From positions 256,001 to 320,000 of the forward strand of contig CAXXJS010000010.1 in the NCBI GenBank assembly GCA_963662665.2: a DNA stretch of 64,000 nucleotides. Reading direction: 5' to 3'. Below are positions 31,541 through 41,392 of the stretch, one piece after another (the stretch's first letter is position 1; each line of letters begins with the position of its first letter). A program made the translations under genes and the position numbers. The DNA is from Candidatus Latescibacterota bacterium. Its GTDB lineage: Bacteria > Latescibacterota > UBA2968 > GCA-2709665. The notes below the pieces were generated by a model. That model searched no databases and was not told the DNA's origin. It was given only the letters and a program-made list of their open reading frames with translations.

Positions 31541-32578
31541 GTGACGACATTTGGGGAGATTGGCGAGTTTGAATTTATCGCGCGGATTGCAACGGCCGGC
31601 CTTGCCCGTCCCGCCGACGTGCGTTGTGGTATCGGGGATGATTGCGCCGTATTGGGGCGTGGAAGCGATCGGGTGCGACTCATTACTTCCGATCTTATGG
31701 TGGAAGGCTGTACACTTCCTGGTTGAGGCGTCCCAACGCCTGGTGGCTGGGTTACAAACTGCTGGCCGTGAACCTGTCCGACGTCGCGGCGATGGGAGGG
31801 GAGCCTCGTGAGGCCCTGGTTTCGGTGGCGGTTCCCCCGGATTTCGACGTCGGCTATATGGAACGCGTCTACGAGGGACTGCACGGGTGCGCAGACCGTT
31901 TGCGGCGTGAACGTCGTGGGGGGCGACACAACGCGGAATACCGGGCCGCTGGTTATGAGTCTGACGCTGACGGGCGAGATGGATCAGGACCGGGTATGCT
32001 TACCGTTCGGGTGCAAGCCCCGGAGATCTGATCTACGTGTCGGGCCACTCTCGGGGATTCCCGCGGCAGGCTTGAAACTGGCGCTGGGGGAAGCAGTCGG
32101 GCTGTCTGAGGAAGACCGTGAGTTTCTGCGACGCAGACACCACCGGCCGGAGCCCAGGGTGGCGTTGGGCCGCGCGCTGGCGGCATCCGGCGCCGTGACC
32201 TCGATGTTGGATCTCTCGGACGGGGTGGCGTCGGATTTACGGCATATCTGCACGCAGAGCGGGGTTTCCGCGGTCATCGGCGAAACGATGATTCCCGTTT
32301 CGCCTGCGTTCCGGCGTTTCTGCGAGCTTTCGGATCTCGGAATCCCGGACCTGGCTATTTCAGGTGGCGAGGACTATGAGCTACTCTTTACGATCACTCC
32401 CGAAGCGAGAAATGACATCGAGGCGCTCGATGGCGGGTCGCGGGTTTGCCTGATAGGGCGAGTCGAAGCGGGAGGCGGGAGCATATTCCTCGAGAATACG
32501 CAAGGCGCGAGGACGGAGTTGGAAGCCCGAGGTTTCGACCATTTTTCCGGTTTAATTGCCCGCGGAACGGTACTCTGA
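31541..32578 (+). pseudogene. thiL: Thiamine-monophosphate kinase with six apparent +1 insertions (probably sequencing errors)
   Basis: GEFEFI, GIGDDCA, EG-VHF, AVNLSDVAAMGG, GGDT, RSGA.PGD, LDLSDG, SGGEDYEL, GFDHF spread over three frames. Confidence 0.85.
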
Positions 32579-32630
32579 AAGCCAATTCAAACGAATCCCG
32601 TCGCATTGCCGCGACCTGGACAGGTAATCA

Positions 32631-35075
32631 ATGGGACGCATTCCCGAGTCAAATACCACGGTTCGCCTGACGGTTCCCGTCGCCGGGATGAGCTGCGCCG
32701 CTTGCGCCGCCCGTATTCGGGAGGAATTGAGAAAATTGCACGGCGTAGACGAAGCCGACGTTAATTTCGCGACGGCGGAGGCCACTGTGTTGCTCAGGCC
32801 CGATCGGACAGGCGTGAAACAACTGGTTCGTAGTATTGAGAATCTCGGCTATGGTATCCGTGCGGAAGAAGCGAAGCTGGCCATTCGCGACATGAGCTGC
32901 GCCGCCTGCGTCTCGCGGATCGAAGACGCACTGACCGGCGTTCCGGGCGTACTCGAAACCGCGGTCAACCTTGCGACCCGTCAGGCGACCGTGCGCCACT
33001 TTCAGGTACCCGTGTCCAATCTCAAACTGGCGGTGACCGATGCCGGATACAGCGCGACGGAGACGGAAGGAGATGAGATCGCGGAAAGCGGCGCAGCATT
33101 GGAAGAACGGTCGGAACGCCGTTCGGTGCGCATTCGTTTCATCGTTGCGGCCGTGCTGTCTGCGCTCATCATGGGCGTGGGAATGCTGCACAAAGTCCGC
33201 GGCGCGGGGAACTCGATGCAGGAGGTCCACCTTCTGCTTTTCCTCCTGGCCACTCCGGTGCAATTCTGGTGCGGCTGGCGTTTTCTCAGGGGGTTCTGGG
33301 TTGGCCTCCGCCACACGACTGCCGACATGAACAGCCTCATCGCGGTTGGAACGCTGGCGGCCTATGGATACAGCGTCGCCGTCGTGTTCGCTGCCCGGAC
33401 CGTGTACGGAGCGGGCGAGCCCGTCAGCGTCTACTTCGACACCTCCGCGATGATCGTCACCCTTATCCTTCTTGGCCGGCTGCTGGAGATCCGATCCAGG
33501 GGTCGCACCACCGAAGCCATTCGCAGGCTGATGGATCTTCGTCCCCAGACCGCCTGTGTGATTCGAGACGGTGGAGAGTCGGTGGTTCCCGTGGACGACG
33601 TCGCAGTTGGCGACCTCATTCGTATTCGGCCGGGCGACAGAATTCCGGTGGACGGCGTTGTCGAAGAGGGGCGTTCCAACGTCGACGAATCCGTGATTAC
33701 CGGTGAGAGTATGCCCATTGAAAAAGGCAGGCAGAGCCGGGTCCTTGGGGCAACCCTCAACAAGGCCGGAAGTTTCACCTTCACGGCAACACAGGTCGGC
33801 GCGGAAACGGTGCATGCCCAGATCGTTCGATTGGTTCGCCAGGCTCAAGGCTCACGTGCGCCCGTTCAGCGCATCGCGGACCGGGTTGCCGGGGTCTTTG
33901 TGCCGGTCGTTTTCGGCGTCGCCCTGCTTACGTTCGCCCTATGGTGGTTCGCCGATTCCGGATCCGGCGCCTCCGACGCGCTGCTCAACGCCGTAGCGGT
34001 CCTTATTATCGCGTGTCCGTGCGCGCTCGGGCTGGCTACACCCACGGCCATTCTGGTTGGCACCGGCAGGGCCGCGGAACTGGGGATCCTCATCAAGGGC
34101 GGCGCCGTCCTCGAAACCGCCCACCGGATCGACACAATTGTCCTGGACAAAACGGGCACCCTCACAACTGGCCGCCCCACCGTTACCGATCTCGTCGCCG
34201 CCGGTACATGCACGGAAACGGAACTGCTCAGGTTGGCCGCGGCCGTCGAACAGGGTTCCGAGCACCCACTCGGTGAGGCCATTCGCAACGCGGCGAGGGA
34301 ACGCGGGCTGCCAATAGAAGATTCCCTGGAGTTCCAGGCCTTGCCAGGTCAGGGCGTACGCGCAAAAAAAGCCGGTCGCGCCATTCTTCTGGGCAACCGG
34401 CGGTTGATGGAGGGCAGGGCAACGGTACCGGACCACCTGGATGTGCAGGCGGCGCGTCTGGAAGGCGGCGGCAAAACGGTTCTGTTTGTCGCCGCGGACG
34501 ATCAGATTGTGGGTCTCATCGGCGTTGCCGACGTCCTGAAACCGGACGTCGTGCGCGCGGTTTCTGATCTCAAGTCACTGGACCTGAACGTCTACCTCCT
34601 CACGGGAGACAACCGGAGAACCGCCGGCGCCATCGCGAAGCAGGCGGGGATCGACCAGGTGAATGCGGAGGTGATGCCCGAAGAGAAGGCAGCGCGTATC
34701 GCAGCACTGCAAACCGAGGGTTATCGAGTGGCCATGGTCGGCGATGGCGTCAACGACGCGCCTGCCCTGGCGACCGCCGACGTTGGCATTGCGGTTGGCA
34801 CGGGCACGGCCGTTGCCATGGAAAGCGCGGACGTTACCCTCATGTCCGGTAGCCTCGCCGGAATAGAGACGGCGATCCGCCTGTCGGGTAGGACCATGCG
34901 CACGATCCGCCAGAACCTGTTCTGGGCGTTTGTCTACAACGTACTGCTGATACCTGTAGCCGCGTTCGGCCTGCTCAATCCGCTCGGCGGGCCCATGGTG
35001 GCAGCAGGCGCCATGGCGCTGAGTTCCGTCTCGGTAATCTCGAATTCACTACGGATCAGGAGATTTCTGCGATAG
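32631..35075 (+). CDS. copA: Cu(I)-type heavy-metal P1B ATPase
   Basis: Two MSCAAC metal-binding domains, TGES, CPCALGLATP, DKTGT, SEHP, GDGVND, YN and MALSS. Confidence 0.92.
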   Translation: MGRIPESNTTVRLTVPVAGMSCAACAARIREELRKLHGVDEADVNFATAEATVLLRPDRTGVKQLVRSIENLGYGIRAEEAKLAIRDMSCAACVSRIEDALTGVPGVLETAVNLATRQATVRHFQVPVSNLKLAVTDAGYSATETEGDEIAESGAALEERSERRSVRIRFIVAAVLSALIMGVGMLHKVRGAGNSMQEVHLLLFLLATPVQFWCGWRFLRGFWVGLRHTTADMNSLIAVGTLAAYGYSVAVVFAARTVYGAGEPVSVYFDTSAMIVTLILLGRLLEIRSRGRTTEAIRRLMDLRPQTACVIRDGGESVVPVDDVAVGDLIRIRPGDRIPVDGVVEEGRSNVDESVITGESMPIEKGRQSRVLGATLNKAGSFTFTATQVGAETVHAQIVRLVRQAQGSRAPVQRIADRVAGVFVPVVFGVALLTFALWWFADSGSGASDALLNAVAVLIIACPCALGLATPTAILVGTGRAAELGILIKGGAVLETAHRIDTIVLDKTGTLTTGRPTVTDLVAAGTCTETELLRLAAAVEQGSEHPLGEAIRNAARERGLPIEDSLEFQALPGQGVRAKKAGRAILLGNRRLMEGRATVPDHLDVQAARLEGGGKTVLFVAADDQIVGLIGVADVLKPDVVRAVSDLKSLDLNVYLLTGDNRRTAGAIAKQAGIDQVNAEVMPEEKAARIAALQTEGYRVAMVGDGVNDAPALATADVGIAVGTGTAVAMESADVTLMSGSLAGIETAIRLSGRTMRTIRQNLFWAFVYNVLLIPVAAFGLLNPLGGPMVAAGAMALSSVSVISNSLRIRRFLR

Positions 35076-35192
35076 GCGGGGAGTTGCCGTTTTCCAGGCC
35101 CGTCCGCCATATGCGGCCGCTCCGGAAAGCTGCTTCGACACTATGTTGTGGAAGACCGGCGAAGGCGGAGGAATCGCTCTATGTCCGAAAAG

Positions 35193-36314
35193 TCATCGCT
35201 TTTTCCTGGCATATGCCAGGATGCCCTTGACGATCCTTTCGGCATTGCGCTCCCGGTTCTTATGGTACCGGATCTTCCAGGCGTCGTTCTTGTCGTGGAC
35301 GTTGTGGACTTCAACGAGAATTTCGGCGTGGGCCAGATTATTTCGCAATACCGCGAGGTTCCGCCCCTGAATTCGTGCGGGCAGGTCCGGTTGGTTCAGG
35401 GCTGAACGCATGACGCGGGCGAACGATCTGGAACGGCTGTCAGTCCTGCCACGCCGTTTGTGATAGATCGCCAGCGGACCTCCGGGCCGCCCTGGATTGT
35501 AATCCGCATGTAACGAAATGAAGAGACTCTTTCCTCTGCGCGCTCTTTTTACGAAGCGGTTCGTCACCCGGACTCGCTGTGAAAGATTCGCGCTCCTGGG
35601 GCGGACCTTCTCCGAATTCCTCCGGTTGTACCGTGCATCGTTGTAAACTTCGTTCTGTTCGTGGACGAACGTCACCTTGGCAGGAATATTGTCCCGGATC
35701 AGATGATTGGGGCTGATCACCGTCAATGTCACCTCGGCGCCCAGAAGCCGAAGTCTTTTGTACATACGAAGCGCAATGTCGTAGACATATTCATCCTCGA
35801 CCACGTAAACCCGGATGGACTTGCCCGCTGTATTCGAGACGATCGCCCCCGGATCGATGCCGCCGTGACCGGGATCGAGCACGATTCGCCAGCCCTTCAG
35901 TGGCTGCCGTCTTGTTTTACGGGCATTGGCGAAAATCTGTGCATCAAAAGCGCGCAGGAGGATCTGAGCACGCCGATAGTCCAGACCTGGGCTGGACCGC
36001 GCCCTTTCGGAATAGTTACGATGTCTTTGCCGGCTCGCCTTCGGCTTTCGCCAGTAATACGGGCCGTTCTCCGCACTATATTTGACAATCCGTGGTGTCA
36101 GACGGAGTACCTGACCCGGATAGACGTTGTTGGTCCGCAGTTTGTTGATCCGTTTGATTGCCCCGATGCTGGTATCGTATTGCCTGGCAATCGACCACAA
36201 AGATTCGCCCTTACGGACCTTGTGGGACAATGAGAGCCCTGCAAGGGGGTTTGCCAGCAGCATGACCACGCAAAGCCCGGCGCTCAGAAGACGCAAGAAT
36301 CGAAGCTTGTCCAT
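35193..36314 (-). CDS. LysM plus N-acetylmuramoyl-L-alanine amidase (Amidase_3)
   Basis: Signal peptide; HKVRKGESLWSIA LysM; LDPGHGGIDPG, VVEDE, ISLHAD, ILVE. Confidence 0.85.
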   Translation of the reverse strand: MDKLRFLRLLSAGLCVVMLLANPLAGLSLSHKVRKGESLWSIARQYDTSIGAIKRINKLRTNNVYPGQVLRLTPRIVKYSAENGPYYWRKPKASRQRHRNYSERARSSPGLDYRRAQILLRAFDAQIFANARKTRRQPLKGWRIVLDPGHGGIDPGAIVSNTAGKSIRVYVVEDEYVYDIALRMYKRLRLLGAEVTLTVISPNHLIRDNIPAKVTFVHEQNEVYNDARYNRRNSEKVRPRSANLSQRVRVTNRFVKRARRGKSLFISLHADYNPGRPGGPLAIYHKRRGRTDSRSRSFARVMRSALNQPDLPARIQGRNLAVLRNNLAHAEILVEVHNVHDKNDAWKIRYHKNRERNAERIVKGILAYARKKR

Positions 36315-36578
36315 AATTGATGTTGTGCGCGTAAGCATGAGTTGACCGGCGGGCACACCTGCCCGTCTTTCCCGAGAGAACACTCCAGATCTTACGCCAT
36401 TTGTCTGTAAAAGACAAGTCGCCACTGCCCGGGAACACAGGAAATGACGCCCCAATCCGGTTGTTTTCACCTGGATTATGGCGTTTTTCACCAATAGTCG
36501 ATGACAGATCCATCTCGGTGTACCTAATAAATGTATAAAATACAGATACTTAATAAACGTGTGGTATTTTTCTCATCT

Positions 36579-36594
36579 TGGTACGGTCCTTGCA
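36579..36594 (+). promoter_or_regulatory. Sigma54 (-24/-12) promoter of the pspA operon
   Basis: TGGTACG-gtcc-TTGCA matches TGGCACG-N4-TTGCW with exact spacing; AT-rich tract at about 36525-36570 upstream. Confidence 0.75.
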
Positions 36595-36688
36595 TTGTTT
36601 AGGCCGCAGAACTGTGGATAAAAACCGAAAACTGATAAATTCCACCATCGGTGACGTTCAAACACTCACCCCGGAAAGGAGCACGAAC

Positions 36689-37366
36689 ATGGCCAAAGGC
36701 ATTTTCTCCAGAATGGCGGATATTATCAAGGCCAACATCAACGATCTTCTGAATCGCGCCGAAGATCCGGAAAAGATGATTCGGCAGATGATTCTCGAAA
36801 TGGAAGAGGCTGTGAACAAGGCGACTGCTTCCGTGGGGACCGCCGTTGCGAACGAAAAACGCCTGGAGCGTCAACTGCTGGAAAAAACGGACCGGATCGA
36901 GGCCTGGCAGAATAAGGCCGAACTTGCCGTGGAAAACGGCGAGGACGACCTCGCCCGGCGGGCGCTGGAACGGAAGGCCACCCTCGAAAAGGCCGCCAGT
37001 GACCTGGAAGTCGCCTTCGACGAAAGTCACAAAACCTCCGGCCAACTCAAGAAACAACTGACGCAGCTCAAGTCCAAACTGGACGAAGCGCGCACCCGTC
37101 AGGGGGCCCTGATTGCACGGCGCCGCGCGGCTCAGGCGCGTAAACAGATTGCCCAGGGCCTCTCGGGCATCGGCGACGACGCATTCTCCAGCTTCGAACG
37201 CTTTCGCAACCGGGTTGAAAACGAAGAAGCAGAGGCATCTGCTCACGCCGAAGTCGCGGGTGAGGATCCCTCGCTGGAAGACTCGTTCGAAAAAATGGAA
37301 CGGCGGAACACCGTGGAAGAGGAACTCGAGGCACTGAAAAACAAACTGCGCAAATCCGATGCATGA
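36689..37366 (+). CDS. pspA: PspA/IM30 family protein
   Basis: GIFSRMADIIKANINDLLNRAEDPEKMIRQMILEME, GEDDLARRAL, VEEELEALK; RBS AAGGAG. Confidence 0.93.
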   Translation: MAKGIFSRMADIIKANINDLLNRAEDPEKMIRQMILEMEEAVNKATASVGTAVANEKRLERQLLEKTDRIEAWQNKAELAVENGEDDLARRALERKATLEKAASDLEVAFDESHKTSGQLKKQLTQLKSKLDEARTRQGALIARRRAAQARKQIAQGLSGIGDDAFSSFERFRNRVENEEAEASAHAEVAGEDPSLEDSFEKMERRNTVEEELEALKNKLRKSDA

Positions 37367-38003
37367 GTCACGAAAAATACTTGACGAAATCGCTTACGGA
37401 ATCGAAGCGGCGATGCGCGACACAAAAGAGGCCTGGCGCAACGTCCAGAAAAAAAAGCGACCCGTACGGCAAGAAAGGCGAACGGCTAACCACCCGCGAT
37501 CGCGCCGCCTTTCTTACCGACTCTCCGATCTGACCACCGACTGGAGCTGCGCCATGCGATTCGCCCTCGCGTTCGTTCTGAGAGCCACAGCGATACTGTT
37601 TGCACTCGGCGGACTTATGGGCCCTGTTTTTTCAGGGTTCCAGCCGACCGGCTTCCGCCTGGACCCGTTCGACTTCGCACTGGGGCTTGGCGTTGTCGGC
37701 ACGGCTCTGGTCTTCTGGCTTGCCGGCCGCAGGGTCCACACTTCGGCCGAGCGCAAGCGGTACGCGCAATATCAACATCGGCTGCTCGGACTCGCGTTCG
37801 AGAAGGGCGGAAGCCTCACCGTTCTGGAGGCAGCAACCGACGGCAAAATGACTGTTGAAAAAGCCGCTGAGATCCTCAGCGCGTTGGCCGTAGGCGGCAG
37901 CGCGGAAGTGCGTGTGTCCGAGTCCGGTCTTGTTGTCTATCACTTTCCGGAAATTGAACTCGGGGCCGAAAAATACCGGGCAAAACCGGTGGATGACCTT
38001 TGA
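37359..38003 (+). CDS. Membrane protein, two TM segments plus C-terminal winged-helix-like domain
   Basis: Overlaps pspA stop; two hydrophobic segments; GGSLTVLEAA...VSESGLVVYHFPE. Confidence 0.65.
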   Translation: MHESRKILDEIAYGIEAAMRDTKEAWRNVQKKKRPVRQERRTANHPRSRRLSYRLSDLTTDWSCAMRFALAFVLRATAILFALGGLMGPVFSGFQPTGFRLDPFDFALGLGVVGTALVFWLAGRRVHTSAERKRYAQYQHRLLGLAFEKGGSLTVLEAATDGKMTVEKAAEILSALAVGGSAEVRVSESGLVVYHFPEIELGAEKYRAKPVDDL

Positions 38004-38014
38004 TATCTTAAACA

Positions 38015-38169
38015 GTGTCCTGTCCCACAAATTTCTCACCATTCGGCCGCCGATTCATCCCGTCTCGCGGCGTTGCCTTCGCTCGCCGACCTTACGCAGG
38101 TCGGTGCCGCCTTGCGAGCCGGGCGACTCGACTGCCGAATTCAGGCAACCTATTTCTGGGACAGAACAC
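38015..38169 (+). repeat. MITE-like repeat family A, full copy
   Basis: Terminal IRs GTGTCCTGTCCCACAAAT / ATTTCTGGGACAGAACAC. Confidence 0.85.
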
Positions 38170-38184
38170 CCACGGAGGGGTGTC

Positions 38185-38400
38185 ATGTTTGAAGTCGGTG
38201 TTGGAATTGCGCTGATCGTTCTCGCTGCGGCGGTCCACAAATACGTAGATCGGCAAACCAAAGGTTTCATGCCCGGCAAAGTGGAGGAGCGCCTGAATGC
38301 CCGGCTGGACGACCTCGACCGGCGTCTGACGGATATCCAGGAAGTTATGATCGCGATCGACGAGAAGCTGAATCGTGCGGGTTCCCGGGAGACATCGTAA
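38185..38400 (+). CDS. Small TM plus coiled-coil protein (PspB-like architecture)
   Basis: RBS GGAGGG; MFEVGVGIALIVLAAAV then RLDDLDRRLTDIQEVMIAIDEKL. Confidence 0.7.
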   Translation: MFEVGVGIALIVLAAAVHKYVDRQTKGFMPGKVEERLNARLDDLDRRLTDIQEVMIAIDEKLNRAGSRETS

Positions 38401-38489
38401 CCGGCGAATGCACAGGCATCGGGGTTCCACGACAAATGGGATCGAGCAGCATCAGAATCGAACCTGCTCAAGATACGGAGCATAGAATC

Positions 38490-38864
38490 ATGAAATCTAA
38501 ACGCATTGACGTCACCGAGCGGATTCAGGATGGGACGGTTGTTGTCTCCGTCAGTGGCGATCCCGTCACCACAAGGGACGTGGCGCCGCTCCGACGCAAA
38601 TTAACTGACCTTGTAAACAGCGGCACTCGTACGGTAGTGGTCGACCTGTCGCACGTAGACCACGTCGGCGCCGCCATGCTTGGTGAACTGGCAACGGGAC
38701 TGAAGAGCACAAGAAACGCAGGCGGCGACCTGAAGCTGAGCGGCGTTTCCCGTCGGATCCGGAAGGTTCTTGCAGTGACGAGACTCTCGCGCATTTTCAA
38801 GTATGCAGGGGCGGGAAGCGGTACGCAGGATGCCGGCCATCGTAGCGTAAAAAAGGTGGCTTGA
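38490..38864 (+). CDS. STAS domain protein (anti-sigma antagonist-like)
   Basis: VVVDLSHVDHVGAAMLGEL, AGGDLKL, IRKVLAVTRL. Confidence 0.85.
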   Translation: MKSKRIDVTERIQDGTVVVSVSGDPVTTRDVAPLRRKLTDLVNSGTRTVVVDLSHVDHVGAAMLGELATGLKSTRNAGGDLKLSGVSRRIRKVLAVTRLSRIFKYAGAGSGTQDAGHRSVKKVA

Positions 38865-38929
38865 AACCTCAAGGGGTGGAAATCCGTTGCTTTTTGTCAA
38901 AGAGCGGGAATTCCTGTGGAGGGAACGGA

Positions 38930-39508
38930 ATGAGTTGGATACTGGAACTGGCGTTGGCCCTTTGCCTGCTGATGGTCGCGGGTGGATTCTCCGTTTATTT
39001 AATGACTCCCGGTAACAAAAAGCCGAGTGGATCCACGGTCGGGATTTTCCTGGCGGTTGCGGCCGTGGTGTTCGTGATCTGGGCATTCACTTCGGATCAT
39101 TGGAAACTGCTGCCTGATGCCAATGACATTCCTGCGCTTACCCTGGCCGGCAAGACCACCAACCTGCCGGACGAAGGCGTGACGCTATTCCTGGACAATC
39201 AAAGACGACTGGAATCAGCCGCAAAAAAACTCGAGGGAATTGCAGACCGGCTCGAGTTGGCTCAATCCGGAACGGGCCTCGGCATCGCAATGGAAATCGG
39301 CATCGGCATCTGCCTGATAATTTTTGCCGGGGGGATGGTGAGCTATATACACCTCAGGAAAAAAAGGGAAGGCAAGGGGATGAGTCCCGAACGGGCGAAA
39401 CGAATGGAATCGCGGCTGGACGCCGTGGACCAGCGCCTGAACGACCTCCAGGAGGTGATCATCACCCTGGATGAAAGGCTCAGGCGAAACAAAACCAACG
39501 TCACATAG
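38930..39508 (+). CDS. Three-TM membrane protein ending in a PspB-like module
   Basis: C-terminus MEIGIGICLIIFA...RLDAVDQRLNDLQEVIITLDERL is paralogous to 38185..38400. Confidence 0.7.
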   Translation: MSWILELALALCLLMVAGGFSVYLMTPGNKKPSGSTVGIFLAVAAVVFVIWAFTSDHWKLLPDANDIPALTLAGKTTNLPDEGVTLFLDNQRRLESAAKKLEGIADRLELAQSGTGLGIAMEIGIGICLIIFAGGMVSYIHLRKKREGKGMSPERAKRMESRLDAVDQRLNDLQEVIITLDERLRRNKTNVT

Positions 39509-39594
39509 ATCACGTTTGCTTTCTCGAGATTCACGATCGAATCCGAACAGGAATTAACGTGAATACAACTTCCGTTATACAGAAAGGAAGACAC

Positions 39595-39771
39595 ATGCTC
39601 GCGAAAATTCTCGGCATCATCCTTATCGCCATCGGCGCGTACCTCGGTATTTTCGAAGTATTCAAACTCATCGGCATGTCGCTGGAAATCGTGTTCCTGC
39701 TCCTTAAACTGCTTGTGTCCTTTGTCCTGGTCTATGTGGGTTACCGGCTGCTTACCGGCGACTCCAGATAA
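39595..39771 (+). CDS. Small hydrophobic membrane protein (58 aa)
   Basis: RBS AAAGGAAG; MLAKILGIILIAIGAYLG...LLVSFVLVYVGYRLL. Confidence 0.65.
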   Translation: MLAKILGIILIAIGAYLGIFEVFKLIGMSLEIVFLLLKLLVSFVLVYVGYRLLTGDSR

Positions 39772-39802
39772 TTCATCACCCTTTCGATAGGAATTCCCAT
39801 AA

Positions 39803-40378
39803 ATGAAAAACGAACGGCATCTGGTCCGGAGGGCCATCGAAGGTGACGCGGCTGCCTTCGGCGTCCTTTACAAGGCCTGCCATGAACAGATCTACGCGAC
39901 GATGGTACGAAGAACCAGCGATCCTGAAACCGCGCAGGATCTCGTGCAAACCGCGTTCCTGAGGGCATATACCGCCATGGGTTCCTACCGGGGAGAGGCC
40001 GCGTTTGCCACCTGGCTTACTCAGATCGCGCTGAACGTCCATAAATCTCACTACCGCAAACAGCAGGTGCGCCGGCGGTGGATAAAGGTAACTGAAGATC
40101 CTGCGGCACTTGCGGAAGCAACGCGGGTCCCCGCTCACGGCGAAAATCCGGAAATTTCGGCACAGCGGAACCAGAACCGCGACCTTGTCAGGAAGAGTAT
40201 TCGCGCATTGCCGGACAGGTATCGCACCGTCGTCTGGATGCGTTACGTCCGGGACTGGTCCTACGAGGAAATTACCCGGGAGTTGCAGATTCCCATGGGT
40301 ACCGTCAAGACCTGGCTCAACAGGGGAAGGTATCAATTGAAGGGCGAATTCCGAAAGCGGGGGTTGGTCCCGTCTTGA
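39803..40378 (+). CDS. ECF RNA polymerase sigma factor
   Basis: GDAAAFGVLY, AQDLVQTAFLRAY, FATWLTQIALN, SYEEITRELQIPMGTVKTWLNRGR. Confidence 0.92.
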   Translation: MKNERHLVRRAIEGDAAAFGVLYKACHEQIYATMVRRTSDPETAQDLVQTAFLRAYTAMGSYRGEAAFATWLTQIALNVHKSHYRKQQVRRRWIKVTEDPAALAEATRVPAHGENPEISAQRNQNRDLVRKSIRALPDRYRTVVWMRYVRDWSYEEITRELQIPMGTVKTWLNRGRYQLKGEFRKRGLVPS

Positions 40379-40643
40379 CGTCGCTTTCCTCCTGATCCCG
40401 GCCGGACAGATTTCAGGGCCGGGAAGCCGTCGCAATCGAGGCCGACTCGCTCGCCACAGTGGTTCGGGGGGGAGTAGAGGACTCGGCATTCGCAAACGCC
40501 GGCGAAAACCCACTGGGTTTTTTGTTGACTCCGTCAGCGTTCTATGTCACATTTTCGAAGGGCGCATTACTGGACACGGACCCTCGGTAATCCGCGCGCA
40601 TTCCTTCGTATTCGAATTCCGAACCACGCATTGGGAGCGAGAT

Positions 40644-41240
40644 ATGGATGCCTGGTGGACGGATCTGACCACGCTCAACCAGATTCTCTACATCGTGGCG
40701 ATATTTTTCAGCGCGTTTTTCATCTGGCAACTCCTTGCGGTTTTGTTTGGGCTTGGAAACGTTTCGGACGCAGGGTTTTCCGGAGATACAAACCTCGGCG
40801 ACGCCGGTCCGGAGCTTAACGACGGTACGGTTGCTTCTTTCAAACTGCTATCTATCAGGTCCCTCATCGCGTTTGGCATGCTGTTCGGATGGGCGGGCGC
40901 CCTGTATCTGCAGAGAGGGTTGGATACTCAGACTGCCCTGCTCTACGCGCTTGTCTGGGGCAGCGCCGGCATGTTGGTCGTGGCCTATTTCTTCCGCGGT
41001 ATCCGGCAGCTTACCGAAACCGGAAACGCCAGCCTGGATACATGCGTAGGCACGGCGGGAGAGGTATATCTGGATATTCCCGAGGGAGGCGCCGGACAGG
41101 TACGGGTGTTGGAGAGTGGCGCGGTCACCTACGTATCCGCTCGCGGAAGAAACGGGATGCCGATTTCAGCCAAAACGCCGGTCCGCATTCTTCGTGTGGC
41201 GGATGCAACCACACTTGAGGTCGAGCCGATGGTGTCCTGA
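40644..41240 (+). CDS. NfeD-like membrane protein (flotillin partner)
   Basis: N-terminal TMs, LSIRSLIAFGMLFGWAG, C-terminal OB-fold VGTAGEVYLDIP..GAGQV. Confidence 0.8.
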   Translation: MDAWWTDLTTLNQILYIVAIFFSAFFIWQLLAVLFGLGNVSDAGFSGDTNLGDAGPELNDGTVASFKLLSIRSLIAFGMLFGWAGALYLQRGLDTQTALLYALVWGSAGMLVVAYFFRGIRQLTETGNASLDTCVGTAGEVYLDIPEGGAGQVRVLESGAVTYVSARGRNGMPISAKTPVRILRVADATTLEVEPMVS

Positions 41241-41392
41241 GTGATATCTGGTTTTAGTGCCTGTGTTTCCTGTATTTCCTTTCGTATCATCACGCCCAGG
41301 GATGAGACAGGAACGGGATTTCAACCCGAACGGGACTCGCTCCGGGACAGATTTCAACCAAAGGTGAAATTTCCAATCGGGGAGGGACAGCA

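Noticed and set aside
32649-33848. 399-aa minus-strand ORF
   Set aside because: Antisense to copA
40480-40530. GCAAAC...GAAA hairpin as a c-di-GMP-I riboswitch upstream of nfeD
   Set aside because: Second stem and GCAAAG element are missing; more likely a simple hairpin (aaaacccactgggtttt)
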